From NCBI GenBank assembly GCA_017654855.1, contig CM030336.1, forward strand, positions 558,001 through 622,000: 64,000 nucleotides of DNA, read 5' to 3'. Position numbers and translations under genes: made by a program. Shown piece by piece: positions 47,416 to 60,196 of this stretch; positions within the stretch are counted from its first letter, which is position 1; every line of letters starts with the position of its first letter. The stretch is from Podospora anserina (lineage: Eukaryota). Under the pieces are notes generated by a model that searched no databases, was not told the origin of the DNA, and saw nothing but the letters and a program-made list of their open reading frames with translations.

Positions 47416-50096
47416 TTAGTCCTTCTTTTTCCGTCTGCTGTCAGTGACAAACGTCGTGGAAAGGCTCTTCCGCAGGCTCTCCCTCTTTCTGGCAAGCATT
47501 TCCTTCCTGATCCGCTCTTGTTCCTCTTCCTCCAGTTTCCTCTTTCTCTCCTCCTCCTCCTCCTCCAGTTTTCTCTTCCTCTGCTGCTCCTCTCTCTCCC
47601 TCTTTTTCTCCTCTGCCGCCCATTGCTCCCTTGCTTTTTCCTCAATGTCGTCCTGCATTTTGCGAACTCTTTCCCTGGCTTTGTCTTGCGGCAGATCGTA
47701 GCTCCAGCTTTTGGTAGAATCGCTGTTGCCATCGACGTTGGGCTGATAGCCTCGGCCCCAGTCGCGGGTAGAGTACATGTCCTTGTGGGCTTCGATGTCG
47801 GTGTAACCGTCCTTGAAGCCGAGAGTGGTCTCTTTGATGTCGAATGAGCAGTTGATAAAGTCGTCCTGCCCGTCGGTGAAGGTGGCGGACCCCTCGATGA
47901 TGTGGATTGCGCCCCGCTTGATTCTGATGGAACTCAATATCTTCTTGGCGTGGGCCAAACCCTCCTCTCCGGTGACCTTGATGGAGCCGTCGTTGATTTC
48001 GATATAACCCTCGGTGATCTTGATCTTCGCGTCCGTGAGGCTGATCAGGTCCGGATTGCCATCAGCGTCGTCGACGTTGATCCCCCGACGAGAAACACCA
48101 TCTTCAAAACTGATGGACACCGTGCCGAGATCCTCTTGGAAACGCTTCCGGTCGTCACGGTGCAGAAAGTCAATGTCGCCGCTGACCATGTTGACGAAGC
48201 CGGTCTTGATGATGATGGAGCCGTCCCGCTTGTTCAGGAACCCGCCCATCACGTCAATAGAGCCTTCCGTCTCGATGCAAATCGCGCCATTTTTGATGTT
48301 GATGGAGCCCTCGCTGAGTTGAGCCTCCTCGGTCTCATTTTCGGCGTCATCGGCTGAAGCGTGCTCGGCGTCATCGACCAAGACGCGTTCACCGACTGAC
48401 TCCTCCTTGCGCAGGGAGGCGTCGATCTCATACTGAACTGCAGCCTCAAACATGCTCTCGACGTCCTTTTGGATTTTGAGCCGCTCCCGCTCGGCCGCTC
48501 TCCGTCGCTCCTCGGCTTCCTTTTCCATCTTCCTCTCGTGCCGTATCCTAGCTTGTCGTTCCTCCTCCTCCTTCTTCCGAGCCTCGGCCAACTTTCTTTG
48601 ACGCTCTTCTTCTCTCCGTGCCTTCTCAGCTTCTTCTCGCTCTCGCATTTTCCTCTGCTCATTCTGGGAGAGGAACTTTTCCATGAGTCGTTTGAGCATT
48701 TCGTCCTCCTGAGCGGTAGTCTCGGGCACTGGCTCCTCGACGACGGGTGCCGGTTTCAGAGGCGGCTTGAACACGATTTCGGTCGCAAACGTCTCGCGCA
48801 CTTTCTCGTCCCAGTGGTTAAAGATGCGGTCGTATAGCCTCCGGCCCATCAACGAGACGATAACAACTGTGTCTTGTTTCATGTTTGCCGAAACCTCCTC
48901 CAATAGCAGCCGGGTCGGTTTTTGCGGGAGCTCTGTCGATACGTGGATCACGATTGTCGTTCCACGCCATTTCTCCAGTGCTCTGGCAATGAGCACTCTG
49001 CAGTGGTTCTCTGCCTTTTCCGGGAGGAATTTGGAATAGTCCTTCGGAGGCCATGCCTTCTTGATGATTTCGGCTAGCCAGAGCTGCTTTACTGTTGTGC
49101 TACGAACCCGCCCCGTCTCCTTGAACTTCTGCGCTAGCCTTTTCGCAGCAGCAGCCATGCGCCGCTTTTCGTCCTCTGTGTTTTCGATCTGTGAAAAGAC
49201 AATGGCTGTGCGGTCTTCAAAGGGCCAACGACCCGGCGGCAAGTATATCTTCTGGTGGCCGTGGTAATAGGCGTCGGCACGACCAACAGCGGGTTCCCCA
49301 AACGCCGGACAAAAGGAAAGAAACTCTCGAGTGGCCGGGCCATGATCGCCTGTCGGGTCAAGGCGGTCGATTGATTCTCTAGTCAAGGCAAACCAGCGGT
49401 GGGGAAGCGGAGTGCTCAAGTGCTTGACCGGTATGGTGAGTGCCCCGGGTGCCAAGACAGGGCGGCTGACTTCTTTCTGGAACATGCGGGCCACCTTGGT
49501 GATCGGGAGGTTGGGATTCTCCTCGGGTCGGAACTCGTACTCGATGGTGGGGGTCAGCTGCCAGGGATCCTGATCTCCCAGCATGGGTTCTCTGTCAAGG
49601 TCGGACCAGCGAATGCTGAAATGGTTGTTTTTCGCATTCAAAGCGCCAGTGCTAGTAAGCTAGACGGCCAACGCTGCGTATTAGTCGGCCGTGCAAGACA
49701 AGATGATTGGGTATAAAAACAAACCATGAAGACGTCCACCGTCAAGACTGGCTCTTGTTTTGGATCATCCAGCCTCACTGACAGCGACACGCGGTCCAGC
49801 AAGATGACATAGTGCTTTAGATTCAAGGCATGCACAACGATGCCTCGCTTGTAGATGTATGGCCTTGAGGGCAGGCCCCAGGCTACGTCGTCACGTTTTG
49901 CTTTCACTGCCTCTTCGTGTTCCTTGAGCAAACGAAGATAGATTGTTTGGTCCCATGGTAGAGTCTTCCACTTGTCCTTGCTGTGTAGCCACAAATTCAG
50001 CCATCTCCGCTGCGGCCGAGCATTGGCAAGCTTCAGTCGAGAGGCCACGACAGTAGCAGCTGGGAGCCGGCGGGTTGGGCATAGCAGTATCAGCAT
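47416..50096 (-). CDS. Hypothetical protein with two charged coiled coils flanking a GxIxI-rich beta-repeat region
   Basis: ORF 50096-49638 joins the 741-aa ORF through a phase-0 intron (ATG|GTTTGT...CTAAT...CTAG|CTT). The Arg-rich N-terminus resembles a mitochondrial presequence. Confidence 0.7.
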
Positions 50097-50220
50097 GGTG
50101 GGCGAGGAGGGATCTGAAAAGGTATCATTTTCCGGGATGTTGCCGTCGCGAGCTTCCCAGATGGTTTGAGCCTTGGACGTGTGTCGTCGTGCCGTCGTGT
50201 GGTTGCTTGTGTTTGAGAGA

Positions 50221-50275
50221 GTATATATACATATATATATATATACATGTATATATGTATATATCTATATATATA
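50221..50275. repeat. Imperfect (TA)n tract in the divergent intergenic region
   Basis: TATATATACATATATATAT... Confidence 0.85.
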
Positions 50276-50632
50276 TTTTTTTTTGGATCTTGGCAACACG
50301 TGACGCAGCGAGATCTCTTGCCCCACCAGCCCGCTCGCTGGAAAATGGGAAATTGATCTTTTTCTCCCTGTCCCTGTCCTGCGCCTCGTGCTTCGCCACT
50401 GGCTGTCCCGGCGACACGGCCCCATCACGTGTGGCCAGCCAATGAGCTCCCATGACAGGCCTCGCGGCCGCCAACCGGGATGCCCTCATCATCATTCGAG
50501 GCCAGGCGACCTCACATGAGATTTGGAGAGCAAAAGAATAAATACGATACACATCCATCGTTTGCCGCCATTCAACCACTCTCATCTTCCACACTCTGAA
50601 GTTTATCAGAATCAACAACACCGTAACACAAG

Positions 50633-51949
50633 ATGCACATATCACCACCCCCACCACCACCCCTCCTCCTCCCCTTGGAGGACACCACCCTCATAAACCA
50701 CCACCACCAAAATAACAGCACCCACAACCTCACCCACGAACTCCTCATCGCCTCCCTCGCCATCCAGCGCGCCTCCCTCCTAACCAAACGCGTCCTCCAA
50801 ACCCTCACCTCCAACAACAACCCCTCACCCTCACCAACAACCTGCCCCTCCACCCCCGTAACCGGCCACCCCTTCTTCCCCTCCACCACCACCTGCCTCA
50901 ACCCAACCTACGACCCCTCCTCCCGCCGCCTCTCCATCGCCAAACCCGACGCCTCCCCGGTAACGATAGCCGACTTTGCCTCCCAAGCGCTCCTCATCTC
51001 CACCATCCACCACCATTTCCCGTCCGACACCTTCATCGGGGAAGAGGACTCCTCCTCCCTCCGCCACAACCCCGACCTCTGCTCCCAGGTCTTTGATCTC
51101 GTCTCCACCACTTACCTCTCGGACCCTGCCGCGGAGGCGTTGCTGGGCCCGCGACCGGGGAGCATACCCGAGATGCTGGGGTTGATTGATCTGGGCTGTG
51201 GGAGGGGGACAAGGGGGAAGAGGTGCTGGAGTATGGATCCCATTGACGGGACGAGCGCGTTTTTGAAAGGGGAGCAGTACGCTGTTAGCTTGGCGTTGTT
51301 GGATGGGGAGGGGAGGGAGCTGATGGGGTTGCTGGGGTGTCCTAATCTGGGGATTGGGGTGGTGGTCGGTGGGGGGAGGATTGAGGAGGGCGAGGTGGAC
51401 AGGGAGGGGTGGGGGGTTATGCTGAGTGCTGTACGGGGGGAGGGGTGCGCACTTGTGAGATCGATGGGGAAGGCGGGGTTGAACAAGGTTGTCAAGAGGA
51501 TCAACAGGCGAAAGGGGAAACAGCGGGAGATCAGGACGGAGGAGTTGCATTTTGTGGATTCGAGGGTGAGCTGTGCTACGGATAGTGGGATGGTGGAACA
51601 GCTTGCGAGGAGGGCCGGGGCGGGGAGGACGGGGGAGAGGACCGAGATTTACTCTTCGCACATGAGGTATGCGGCTATGGTTTTGGGAGGGCGGGAGTTT
51701 GTCCAGGTGAGGTTTCCGAAACGACCGAAAGGGGAGGCGGCGCCGTGGTGCGTCTGGGATCATGCGGGTTCGCAGCTCATCTACACGGAGTCGGGGGCCG
51801 GGAAGGTGACAGACCTGGAAGGGAGACCGATAGATTTTGGGACGGGGAGGAAGTTGACGAATAACTGGGGGCTGATCACGGCCGATGAGAGCGTGCATGG
51901 CAAGATACTCGAGCTGGCGGGAGAGGTGCTGAAGGAGGCGGAGAGGTAG
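50633..51949 (+). CDS. 3'(2'),5'-bisphosphate nucleotidase-like (HAL2/MET22, inositol monophosphatase superfamily)
   Basis: Motifs KPDASPVTIADFASQAL, IGEEDS, WSMDPIDGT, GCPNL and WDHAGSQLIYTESG..KVTDLEG. Confidence 0.9.
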   Translation: MHISPPPPPPLLLPLEDTTLINHHHQNNSTHNLTHELLIASLAIQRASLLTKRVLQTLTSNNNPSPSPTTCPSTPVTGHPFFPSTTTCLNPTYDPSSRRLSIAKPDASPVTIADFASQALLISTIHHHFPSDTFIGEEDSSSLRHNPDLCSQVFDLVSTTYLSDPAAEALLGPRPGSIPEMLGLIDLGCGRGTRGKRCWSMDPIDGTSAFLKGEQYAVSLALLDGEGRELMGLLGCPNLGIGVVVGGGRIEEGEVDREGWGVMLSAVRGEGCALVRSMGKAGLNKVVKRINRRKGKQREIRTEELHFVDSRVSCATDSGMVEQLARRAGAGRTGERTEIYSSHMRYAAMVLGGREFVQVRFPKRPKGEAAPWCVWDHAGSQLIYTESGAGKVTDLEGRPIDFGTGRKLTNNWGLITADESVHGKILELAGEVLKEAER

Positions 51950-52068
51950 AAGGATCTAGGGTTACATTTTCTTCTCGACATCACATGGGCAGGCGTTTCG
52001 GTTCTAGATGATACCCCTCATGATAGACAGATATATACACATTACGATTAATTGTCAGATTGGCATCA

Positions 52069-55000
52069 TCACACTGACTTCCACCTCCACATGTTTGCAA
52101 TCGTGCTCGCCCGACTCGGCCGTCTTCCTCCCTGTGGTTCCGCGCCGGCGTTCCGATGCAACGGCAACGCCCCGCTAGCCAGAGCAACACCATTCTCCTG
52201 ATCTCTGATCTCCAGTTCTCTTCGTTTTTCAATCATAAACTCTCGCAGAGCACGCGGCGAGGCGTTTGACAACTGTGTTGCAGCTCGGGCAGACTGTTTG
52301 CCCCCGACCTTGTTCGCAGCATCAAAGATGGCCCGGAATGCAGAAAAAAATGCTGTCCGAGCCCAGGTGTTGAATGCGAGAGCCAGTGAGGCGCAGATGA
52401 CGATACTTGACAGGACAACTGTGGCAGTACAACGTCAGCCGCTCGGCCCGTACCTACAAAAGTCCGTATTTTGCTCCAAAAACTCACACATGTATACAAG
52501 TTGGGTACTCAGCCTCATGTAGCCCTCGTTTAACTCTTGCGCGTTCATGCCAAAGAAGGTGGCGAAGAAGGAGAGAGGAAGCTGATGATGTGCGCAGCTG
52601 GTCAGCACCCGTGTCACAAGGCTATAATATAGCGGGGGGCAGTGAGGAGGACAGGTCAGCTTACGAAGAAAATGGTCACCACGGTGAAGACGACAATCGA
52701 TCTGCCTTGCACAACGCTCTCGTCTGCCCTGCGGATGGCGGCCTTGGCCTCGATAATTCCCGACTGCTGTTGCTTCATGTCGAGGAGTTCTCGCAGCTGC
52801 AGCAATTGCTGTCAGTATACCCAGATCCGCGATAACGATGTGATAGGAGACAGTCACCTGGCTCCGAGTATTGGCCTGTCTCTTCTCCAAATTCCAAAGC
52901 TCATCCCGGCGTAGTTTCATGTCCTCAATCAGAGCCGCTGCCCGTGCGAGAGCAGGCTTGAGATCAGAAGGGCCCTGAGATTCCGAGCTCATGGCCCTGA
53001 GCGCCTTCTCAAAGTCGCCCATCACGGTTATCTGCTGGGTGAATATCTCTTGCATGATCTGAAGTTGGTCTATGAGGTTCTGCGCCTCCATCAGCACCGA
53101 CCATTCGAACTTGATGTTGAGAGACTTTCTCAGCAGTTCCTCTGCCGTCTGGAGTGGGTCTTGGGTGTTCATTCTCTTGACATCTCTTCCAAAACGTTCG
53201 TAAGCGTCGGTCTTCTTCTCTGACTGGACGCCTTCCATGTTAGTGGCTGGTTTGCGGGCGCACTGCTAGGTTGGTGAACTTACAATGCTTGAAATGGCAG
53301 AACTAAACATGTCTACCACTTCGGGTCGGAGGTCTGGCTTGGTACGGTCGAAGAACACTTTGGAACATTCGTCAATGATGATCAACGCCAAGTCGTAGAC
53401 CGAGGTGATCTGGGCATGGTCGATGGCTCCCAGGTGATCTCGAATGGCGCGATGCACAGCAGACGGGTCTGGCTTGTTGCGGCCCCACCGTCGGGGAAAG
53501 GCAGATAGAATGGTGTCTGTAGCTTTTCCTTAGCAAAAGTCTGGAGCCAAGTCGTAAACAAGCAGCTCACTCTCGTCCAAGATCCACAGCCATAACTGGT
53601 CAACCATCACCACCCTTGGGATAGCCTCTGGGTCACTTCTCATCTGCGTGGCCCGGTAAACAACTTGTTGACGATCTCTCTGCGTTGTGTCGTCCGCCGT
53701 CCAGTAGTAGTATTGCTCAAGCGTCCTTCGTGGGTGAAGGGGCGATGGTGAGTAAAGGTGGTTCGTGATCAGGCGCCAGTCTGCCGCTTCGTCTATGAGC
53801 TGATACAGCTTCGACGCCTGCCACAGGTAGCTCCCGAGAGGCGATTGCGGCCTCCATGATGGGGACCCTTCGTCCCACTCCCCGAATTCCGACGTGGTGC
53901 TGTTCATTCGTTGAGCTCGGGCTCGAGCTCTGTCGACAACGCTGCCCCAAGTCCCTTTCCGCTTGCTCAGACGCTCGTAGGCAAACTCCTCTTCGTTCTC
54001 GAGTCGTGTCTTGCGCATCACATTGGTCATTCTGACAAGCCTCTTCTCGATTTCCCAGTGCAGGTAAGGCATCTGTACCTCCGGTCAGACCATGGGCAGT
54101 TGTCAGTGTCATCTGGAGGAGGCTCACTTACAAAAAGCACAACATCTTGCAGCTGCGAGGAAGAATGATGATACGCGTGTGTTGCAGACGCGGCCGGAGA
54201 CCTGGCTCCCTGCTTCGGCGGAGGGGACGGAATAAGAGCGCAACGGGGGCGTATCTGGCGTGAGTGAGGAGGCATGTGACTATCGCCACCGCCTCGTTCT
54301 TGGCCGTGCCACAGCTCGCGCTTCAGAAGCTTCTCAGTATTCGACTCGGACTTCTTGGCCCCCGGCTGGAACAGCTTCCTCTGGTGCAGTCCTCGGTGAG
54401 CGTCAAACCGAGAGTCGTCTTCGCCATAGTATCGCGAGATGGCATCCTTGAGCTTGGTTAGCTAGCATACAGCGCCACGGACCGCATGGTCTGCTCCGTA
54501 CCTCAACCCACTTCATGTTATTAGCCTGAAGGTGAAAGTATCGTAGCTTTGTCCGGTCTTGGCTTCGTCTCAACGGTGTTTGCTTCTTGTCGTACAGAAG
54601 CTTCTGCACAGCAATCTTTTGGTGTGGAAACCTGCCATGGCAGAGGGGATGGTCCAAGTCCACGCCGCCTTTGCCCTTCTCAAACTGAATCAGCCAACCA
54701 TTGTAGCCGTAATTCGACACGGTGTGGTCATCGTCGATGCTGTCTTCCTGCGAGTAAAGGCCCTCAATGTAGCTGTCGGGTGCCACTGATCGCTGAAGGC
54801 TGGTATACTGCTGAGTCGGCCATTGCTGCACTTGCTTGAGAATGAGACGGTCCCGGTTATGCTGCTGCCGGCGGGTTCCAGATGACCTGGCAATCTCAAC
54901 CTCGATACGGGGAAGATCCTCCTTGCAACGACGAGAAGCTCTCTCTCTCCAAGTGGTGTGAGCTCGCTGGAGAGACTCGAGCAGCGTGATCCGGTCAGAT

Positions 55001-55200
55001 TGGGAGAGCCGATGGCCCGAGAAATAGTCCCTCAAGAAGCCGATGCGACGCAGCTCCTTTCTGACAATTTCTTTCTCCGGGCCGGAAAAGCTTGCATAGA
55101 GATCTTTTCTCCTGGAGAACCTGGCGGCGAGGAATGCTGCCCATGCGTCGATGATAGGCACGGGGTCAGCGTACTGGTCCTCGACGATGTACGGCTGCAT
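52069..55200 (-). CDS. Multi-exon fungal protein with C-terminal CorA-like (GMN) two-TM domain; start uncertain
   Basis: YFHLQANNMKWVE, MPYLHWE, LHPRRTLEQYYYW, VMVDQLWLWILD, LPLSFFATFFGMN and a second TM in the last exon, which ends at 52069. Confidence 0.8.
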
Positions 55201-55917
55201 CTGAGTTCACGGGCCTCAACGACGCGAGGGTGGTTTAGGGTGTCCCCAGCATCTGCGACGGAATAGTTGAGAGATGGATAGAGAGGAGGTTGGTGCTGGA
55301 GTTGGCGAGATTGTGGATGCGTTGTCGTGCAGAGTTGCAGATGCTGCGGCCCAATCCGAATGGCATGTTGCAGTGCAATGGCGAGACTTGGCGGGGTTCC
55401 CTCCAGCTGCACGTCGGGCGTCCTGTCACGTCCTATTCGCGGATACGGCGTGGCATGTTGGGGGCTTTGCAGCAACCATTGATCCACCTTTCCTTCTTCC
55501 GGAGGGGGGGCTCTGCAGCATCGTAATCTTGGTCAATTGCTGATCTCGGACACTACATCAAGATACACGATTTAGAATCCTCGACCTGCTTCTGTTCCTG
55601 GAGACCTCTCGTCCCGGTGCCACATTGTGACATGACTGTGCTCGAGAAAGGCCCCGAGTCCAGCTGTTTCAAGTCCACACATGTTCTTGCACCTGCTTTT
55701 GCTCCGGTTCCCTTGTTCCAAAACATTCCACCCCTTGGTTCATTATTCGTGGCATCATTAGGCATTATCATGTTGCGTTTAATCGTCTCGTCATCCTCCA
55801 AGCCGTCGCCGACAACCTTGCTGATCAGACGAATCGCACCCGCGCTGGCGCTGTCGGACCGTCAGCACTAATTCAAGGCAAAGAACAGAAGAGATAGCAG
55901 GAAGGAAAAGCTGCAGG

Positions 55918-56286
55918 TTACCCAGGCTTGACAGAAAGCGACGGAGATGAAGATGGACTGCTCGTACTGGGAACCGTGATGTGGGATTCGCCTGAACAAG
56001 TTGAGCAATAGTCGTTGCTATTATTCGGCGCCCACACTACTTCCACAGGCCGAGGTGCAGGTATTGGGTAGTAGGTACCTGAATACCACCACGCGTCCCA
56101 GTAGCAGCGCTTCACTGCCCAAAAGAACAAGAGAGCAAACACGGCGCTTCCCAGGACGGCCAGCAGGATCACCACTCCTGATGTCTCTTCGGGTGTCGGT
56201 GGTGATGTGGATGTGCCATCTCGCAGGGCGAGTTTGGCTGTGGTCGATGAGGCATAGTATCCTGGTGGCATATTGTCTGTAGTCAT
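55918..56286 (-). CDS. Small single-pass membrane protein
   Basis: A 122-aa ATG ORF with TM GVVILLAVLGSAVFALLFFWAV followed by KR. Confidence 0.5.
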   Translation of the reverse strand: MTTDNMPPGYYASSTTAKLALRDGTSTSPPTPEETSGVVILLAVLGSAVFALLFFWAVKRCYWDAWWYSGTYYPIPAPRPVEVVWAPNNSNDYCSTCSGESHITVPSTSSPSSSPSLSVKPG

Positions 56287-56887
56287 CCCCGAGGGCGTGT
56301 GCTCGAACAGGGTACTCTTCCACCGGGCAAGGAGAGGGTTGTTATTATCGAGGGCATTTTATGAGGTTGGCCCGAGAGAGCCGCAGCCCGGCCCGGTTGT
56401 TTGGTGATTGCCTTGGGAGCACCAGAGTAGCCATTGTTGCGCCATGCTCATTTCTGCAGTGGATTGTTGACATTGGTTGCTAGTCGTGGTCAACCGCATT
56501 TGAGGCTACACCTGGCGCCCTTCAGGTACACCTCACGGTTTGTCAACCTTGATGTTGAGATAAGCCTTGGAGCAGAGGGGCACACCACCCACCCTAGAAG
56601 GCTGATGGCGCAACTGGTGTGTGCCCCATGGCCTAGAGAGCCAACTTGCACTATCTTCTTCCCTGCAAGATATGGCGCTTCAAAGTTAGCAGCAGATAGT
56701 TTGGTGGGTTCTCTTATTCATCTGTCAACAACCCCTCATTGGCTCGCTTGGCCGATCACATCGCCGCCAGCAGATGCCCCCCACTCAGCGCAAACAACGG
56801 GCACTGGAATGGATGAGGTGACGATTCCATCCCCTCTTCTCTTCTCTTCTCTTCTTCTCTCCATCCAACAGTCTTCCGTTGGTCAAA

Positions 56888-59830
56888 ATGGACGTGGACG
56901 GAAAGCGTCGTCTGCCTCTTCAACAGCCCGTGCCTGGGCGTCCGCGCTGGCAAGGGCGCAGCAGGCCTCGGAGGACAGCTCGGAGAACAGCCGGCCTGTT
57001 GCTCTCAGCGTGTTTGTGCTTTATCGCGTACGCCCAGTGGAGGCAGCTCCAACACTCACCATCTTCTGTACCGCCGGCCGGTTCGGACATCACAGTACAC
57101 GGCCTCTCGGTCAAGCGCCTGCAGGACGACCTTGCCACGTGTAGTGCCCTGCGCAAGAAACCTCAGGATCCCATCGGCCTCGGACGCAAGAAGAACAGCC
57201 GCTACATCGACGGCCATGCCCCCACGCTCGTCAAGAACGCCACCGTCTGGGTTGGCGAACCAAAAGAAGGCACCGACCCCGAGGTTGCTCGCAACGGAAA
57301 AGGCTACGGCTGGATCCACTCTGATGTCTACCTGGAATACGGACTCATCAAGAAGGTCGAGGCCGCCATCGGCCTGTCCTCTGTCGCGTCTGACACCATC
57401 GTGTTCGACGCACGTGGCCGGCCCTTGACGGCCGGCATCATCGACATGCACAGTCACGCTGGGGTGGGATCGCTGCCTAGTCTCTGGGGCAACGAGGATA
57501 CCAACGAGATGTCGGCCAACATTAGTCCCTTTGTGCGTTCCATCGACGCCCTTCACCCAGGTGACCCTCAGATCCAGGTGATCAAGTCCGGCGGCGTAAC
57601 CACAAGTCTTGTGCTGCCAGGGTCCGGAAACAACATGGGCGGTGAGGCATACGTGATCAAGCACGCTGTTGGAAAGGCTGATGGGAGAAACGAGACAAGC
57701 GCCGCCGACCTGCTGGCTGACCCTGACCGGAACTGGAGGTACATGAAGATGGCGTGTGGTGAGAATGCCAAACGAGTCTACGGAAGACCAGGAGAGGCGG
57801 GGCCAATGAGCCGGATGGGCGAGAGCTGGGACTTTCGCCACGCCTTTGAACAGGCAACCAAAGTGGTGCGGGAGCAAGATGACTGGTGTGACGCCGCTGC
57901 GGCCCATGGCGTGCACAACCACAGGAGCTACCTTCCACAGGAGCTAAGGTGGGAGTCGCTCGGTGCTCTGTTACGCGGCCAGGTGCACCTGAACACGCAC
58001 TGTTACACCATCAGCGATTTGGAGGCGTTCATCGACCACACGAACGAGTTCAAGTTCAAGCTCCGAGCATTCCACCATGCCCACCAGACATTTTTGGTCC
58101 CCGAGGTGAGTGCTTGTCTGTGACATGATGGGTGTGTCGCCTCAAGACTAACGGTCTGCCAGATTCTCAAACGTGCCTATGGTGGAGACCCTCCTGCCTC
58201 CGCTTTGTTTGCGGATAACATGTATTACAAGGCCGAGGCCAATGTTGCGAGCGAATTTGCTGGGAAAATGCTGTGGGACAGCGGCCTGACGCCCATCTAT
58301 GTCAGCGACAACCCGGTGTTGAATGCCCAGCATGTTCTTTTCGAGGCTGCGAAAGCGTACAAATACGGTCTGCCATACCATGCGGCTCTTGCTTCCGTCA
58401 CCGCAGCGCCCGCAGAGCGCCTCGGGTTCGGGCAGCGGCTGGGGAAGATCAAGCCCGGATATGACGCCGACGTTGTGGTCTGGGACAGTGACCCGTTGAG
58501 CGTCGGTGCCGCGCCAGTCCAAGTTTGGATTGACGGAACAGCCCAGCTCAGGGACCCAGTGGAGTTGGACAAGCCGGCCGTGGAGCTTATCGTTCCCGAC
58601 AAAGATCTTGCCCATCTCCCAGGCGAGCCTGTTCAAGCGGACGAGGTGGTATTTACCGGGGTGACTCATGTCCTTCTCGACGAGACCAGTGTGGATCGCA
58701 AGATCGGTGCCAAGGGCATTGCTGTGGTCTTTTCCAAGGGCCAGTTGACCTGTCTTGGGGACTGTCAAGACGAACTGCAGGCCGCCACCAAGTCGAACAC
58801 CCCCGTCATCCAGCTCAAGGACGGATACCTGACCGAGTCCTTTACGGCCTTTGGCTCCAAGATCGGCCTCAACGCTATTGATGCAGAGGATGATACCGAC
58901 GACGGGCCGAATCCCAATACGTTTGTCCGAGCAGAGGACGGTCTAGTTCTCGACAACCAAAAGACAAACGCGTCCTACACGTATGGTGTCACCAAGGCGA
59001 TTTCAGCTCCCTCATTCAGGGGTGGTTTCAGTCACCATGGCACGAGCGTGGGGTTCTTGACCGGCGCAAAGACGGTGGTGGGACAGGACGCTGTTTTCGC
59101 AAGTGATGTGTCAGCCCACTACACTTTTGATACTTCAGTCAAACAGGATGGCACGCCCTCTATTTCGGCCGCTATTGGAAGCCTTCGTCGGAAGCTTTTG
59201 GAGGCCCACGCTTCGCTGAGCTCTGATGAGACGACAAAGGATGTGCACTCGGAGTCGGCATTCCTCCAAAAGGTGGTCAATGGCTCTCTGCCTCTTGTCA
59301 TCACAGTCCACAGCGCCGATACCATCGGGGCTCTGATCAAGGTCAAAAAGGCGGTGGATGAGGTGACGAAGGCGTCTATTCGACTGGTCATCTTGGGTGG
59401 TGCTGAATCTTGGCTCGTCGCCGAGGAGCTGGCGGCTGCCAAGGTCGGTGTGGTATTAGCCCCCTTGCAGTCGTATGCTGTCAGCTGGGATCAGAGGCGG
59501 GCTTTGACCGGTGCTCCCCTCACCAACGGAACCGCGGTTGACAAGCTGTTGGAGGCTGGTGTGGTGACAGCCATCGGGTTGGAGGAGGACTGGCTGGTGA
59601 GGGACTTGGGCTTGCTGGCTGGGATTGTGTACCGGAACGGCGGCGGCAAGGTGGATGAGAAGGGAGCCCTTGACTTGGTTAGTGGTAACATTTACAAGCT
59701 TCTGGGACTGAAGCAGCCTGGATCTAAGTCGGGACATTTTGTGATCTCCGAAGGGAGTCCGTTGGATATTGGGTCGAGGGTGAAGGCCGTTGGGGGCGGG
59801 GCTGGCCAGGTCACGATGTTTGCCAAGTAA
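56888..59830 (+). CDS. Metal-dependent amidohydrolase-family protein with two amidohydrolase-like halves and an N-terminal TM anchor
   Basis: Exons 56888-58105 and 58163-59830. Motifs AGIIDMHSHAG, SGGVTTSLVLPGSGN, MKMACGENAK, HCY, FHHAH, SDNP and GKIKPGYDADVVVWD. Confidence 0.9.
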
Positions 59831-60196
59831 ACATTGGCGTGTGGTTTCATTCTTGTCGGTGATAATACGAGACATTCACGTAATGTGTAGGTAGCCACCT
59901 GTAGCCGCTTGCTAGGCATCAGTGTCGATGTTCTGATGTCTGTGAACAGTCAGTCAACGTTGGCCGACGCTTGGTTGCCTGAACTCAGGGGATTGGCCAG
60001 CAAACAAGTGAACCAGTGACGTTGCGGGGCAACTCGCTGTGGACCCAAATAGCTGTGCTTTTAGGGGTTTGGTCCCAGTGCTCACTCAGCATATTAACTG
60101 CTCACGACTTCCAAGGACAACCATCAGGATCCTTTTCGCTTCTCTCAAACTCTTTATCTTTGCATCCTCACTGAGCTTGAATAGATATCAGTCATC

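Noticed and set aside
50831-51898. 355-aa antisense ORF
   Set aside because: It is a by-product of the compositional skew of the phosphatase gene.
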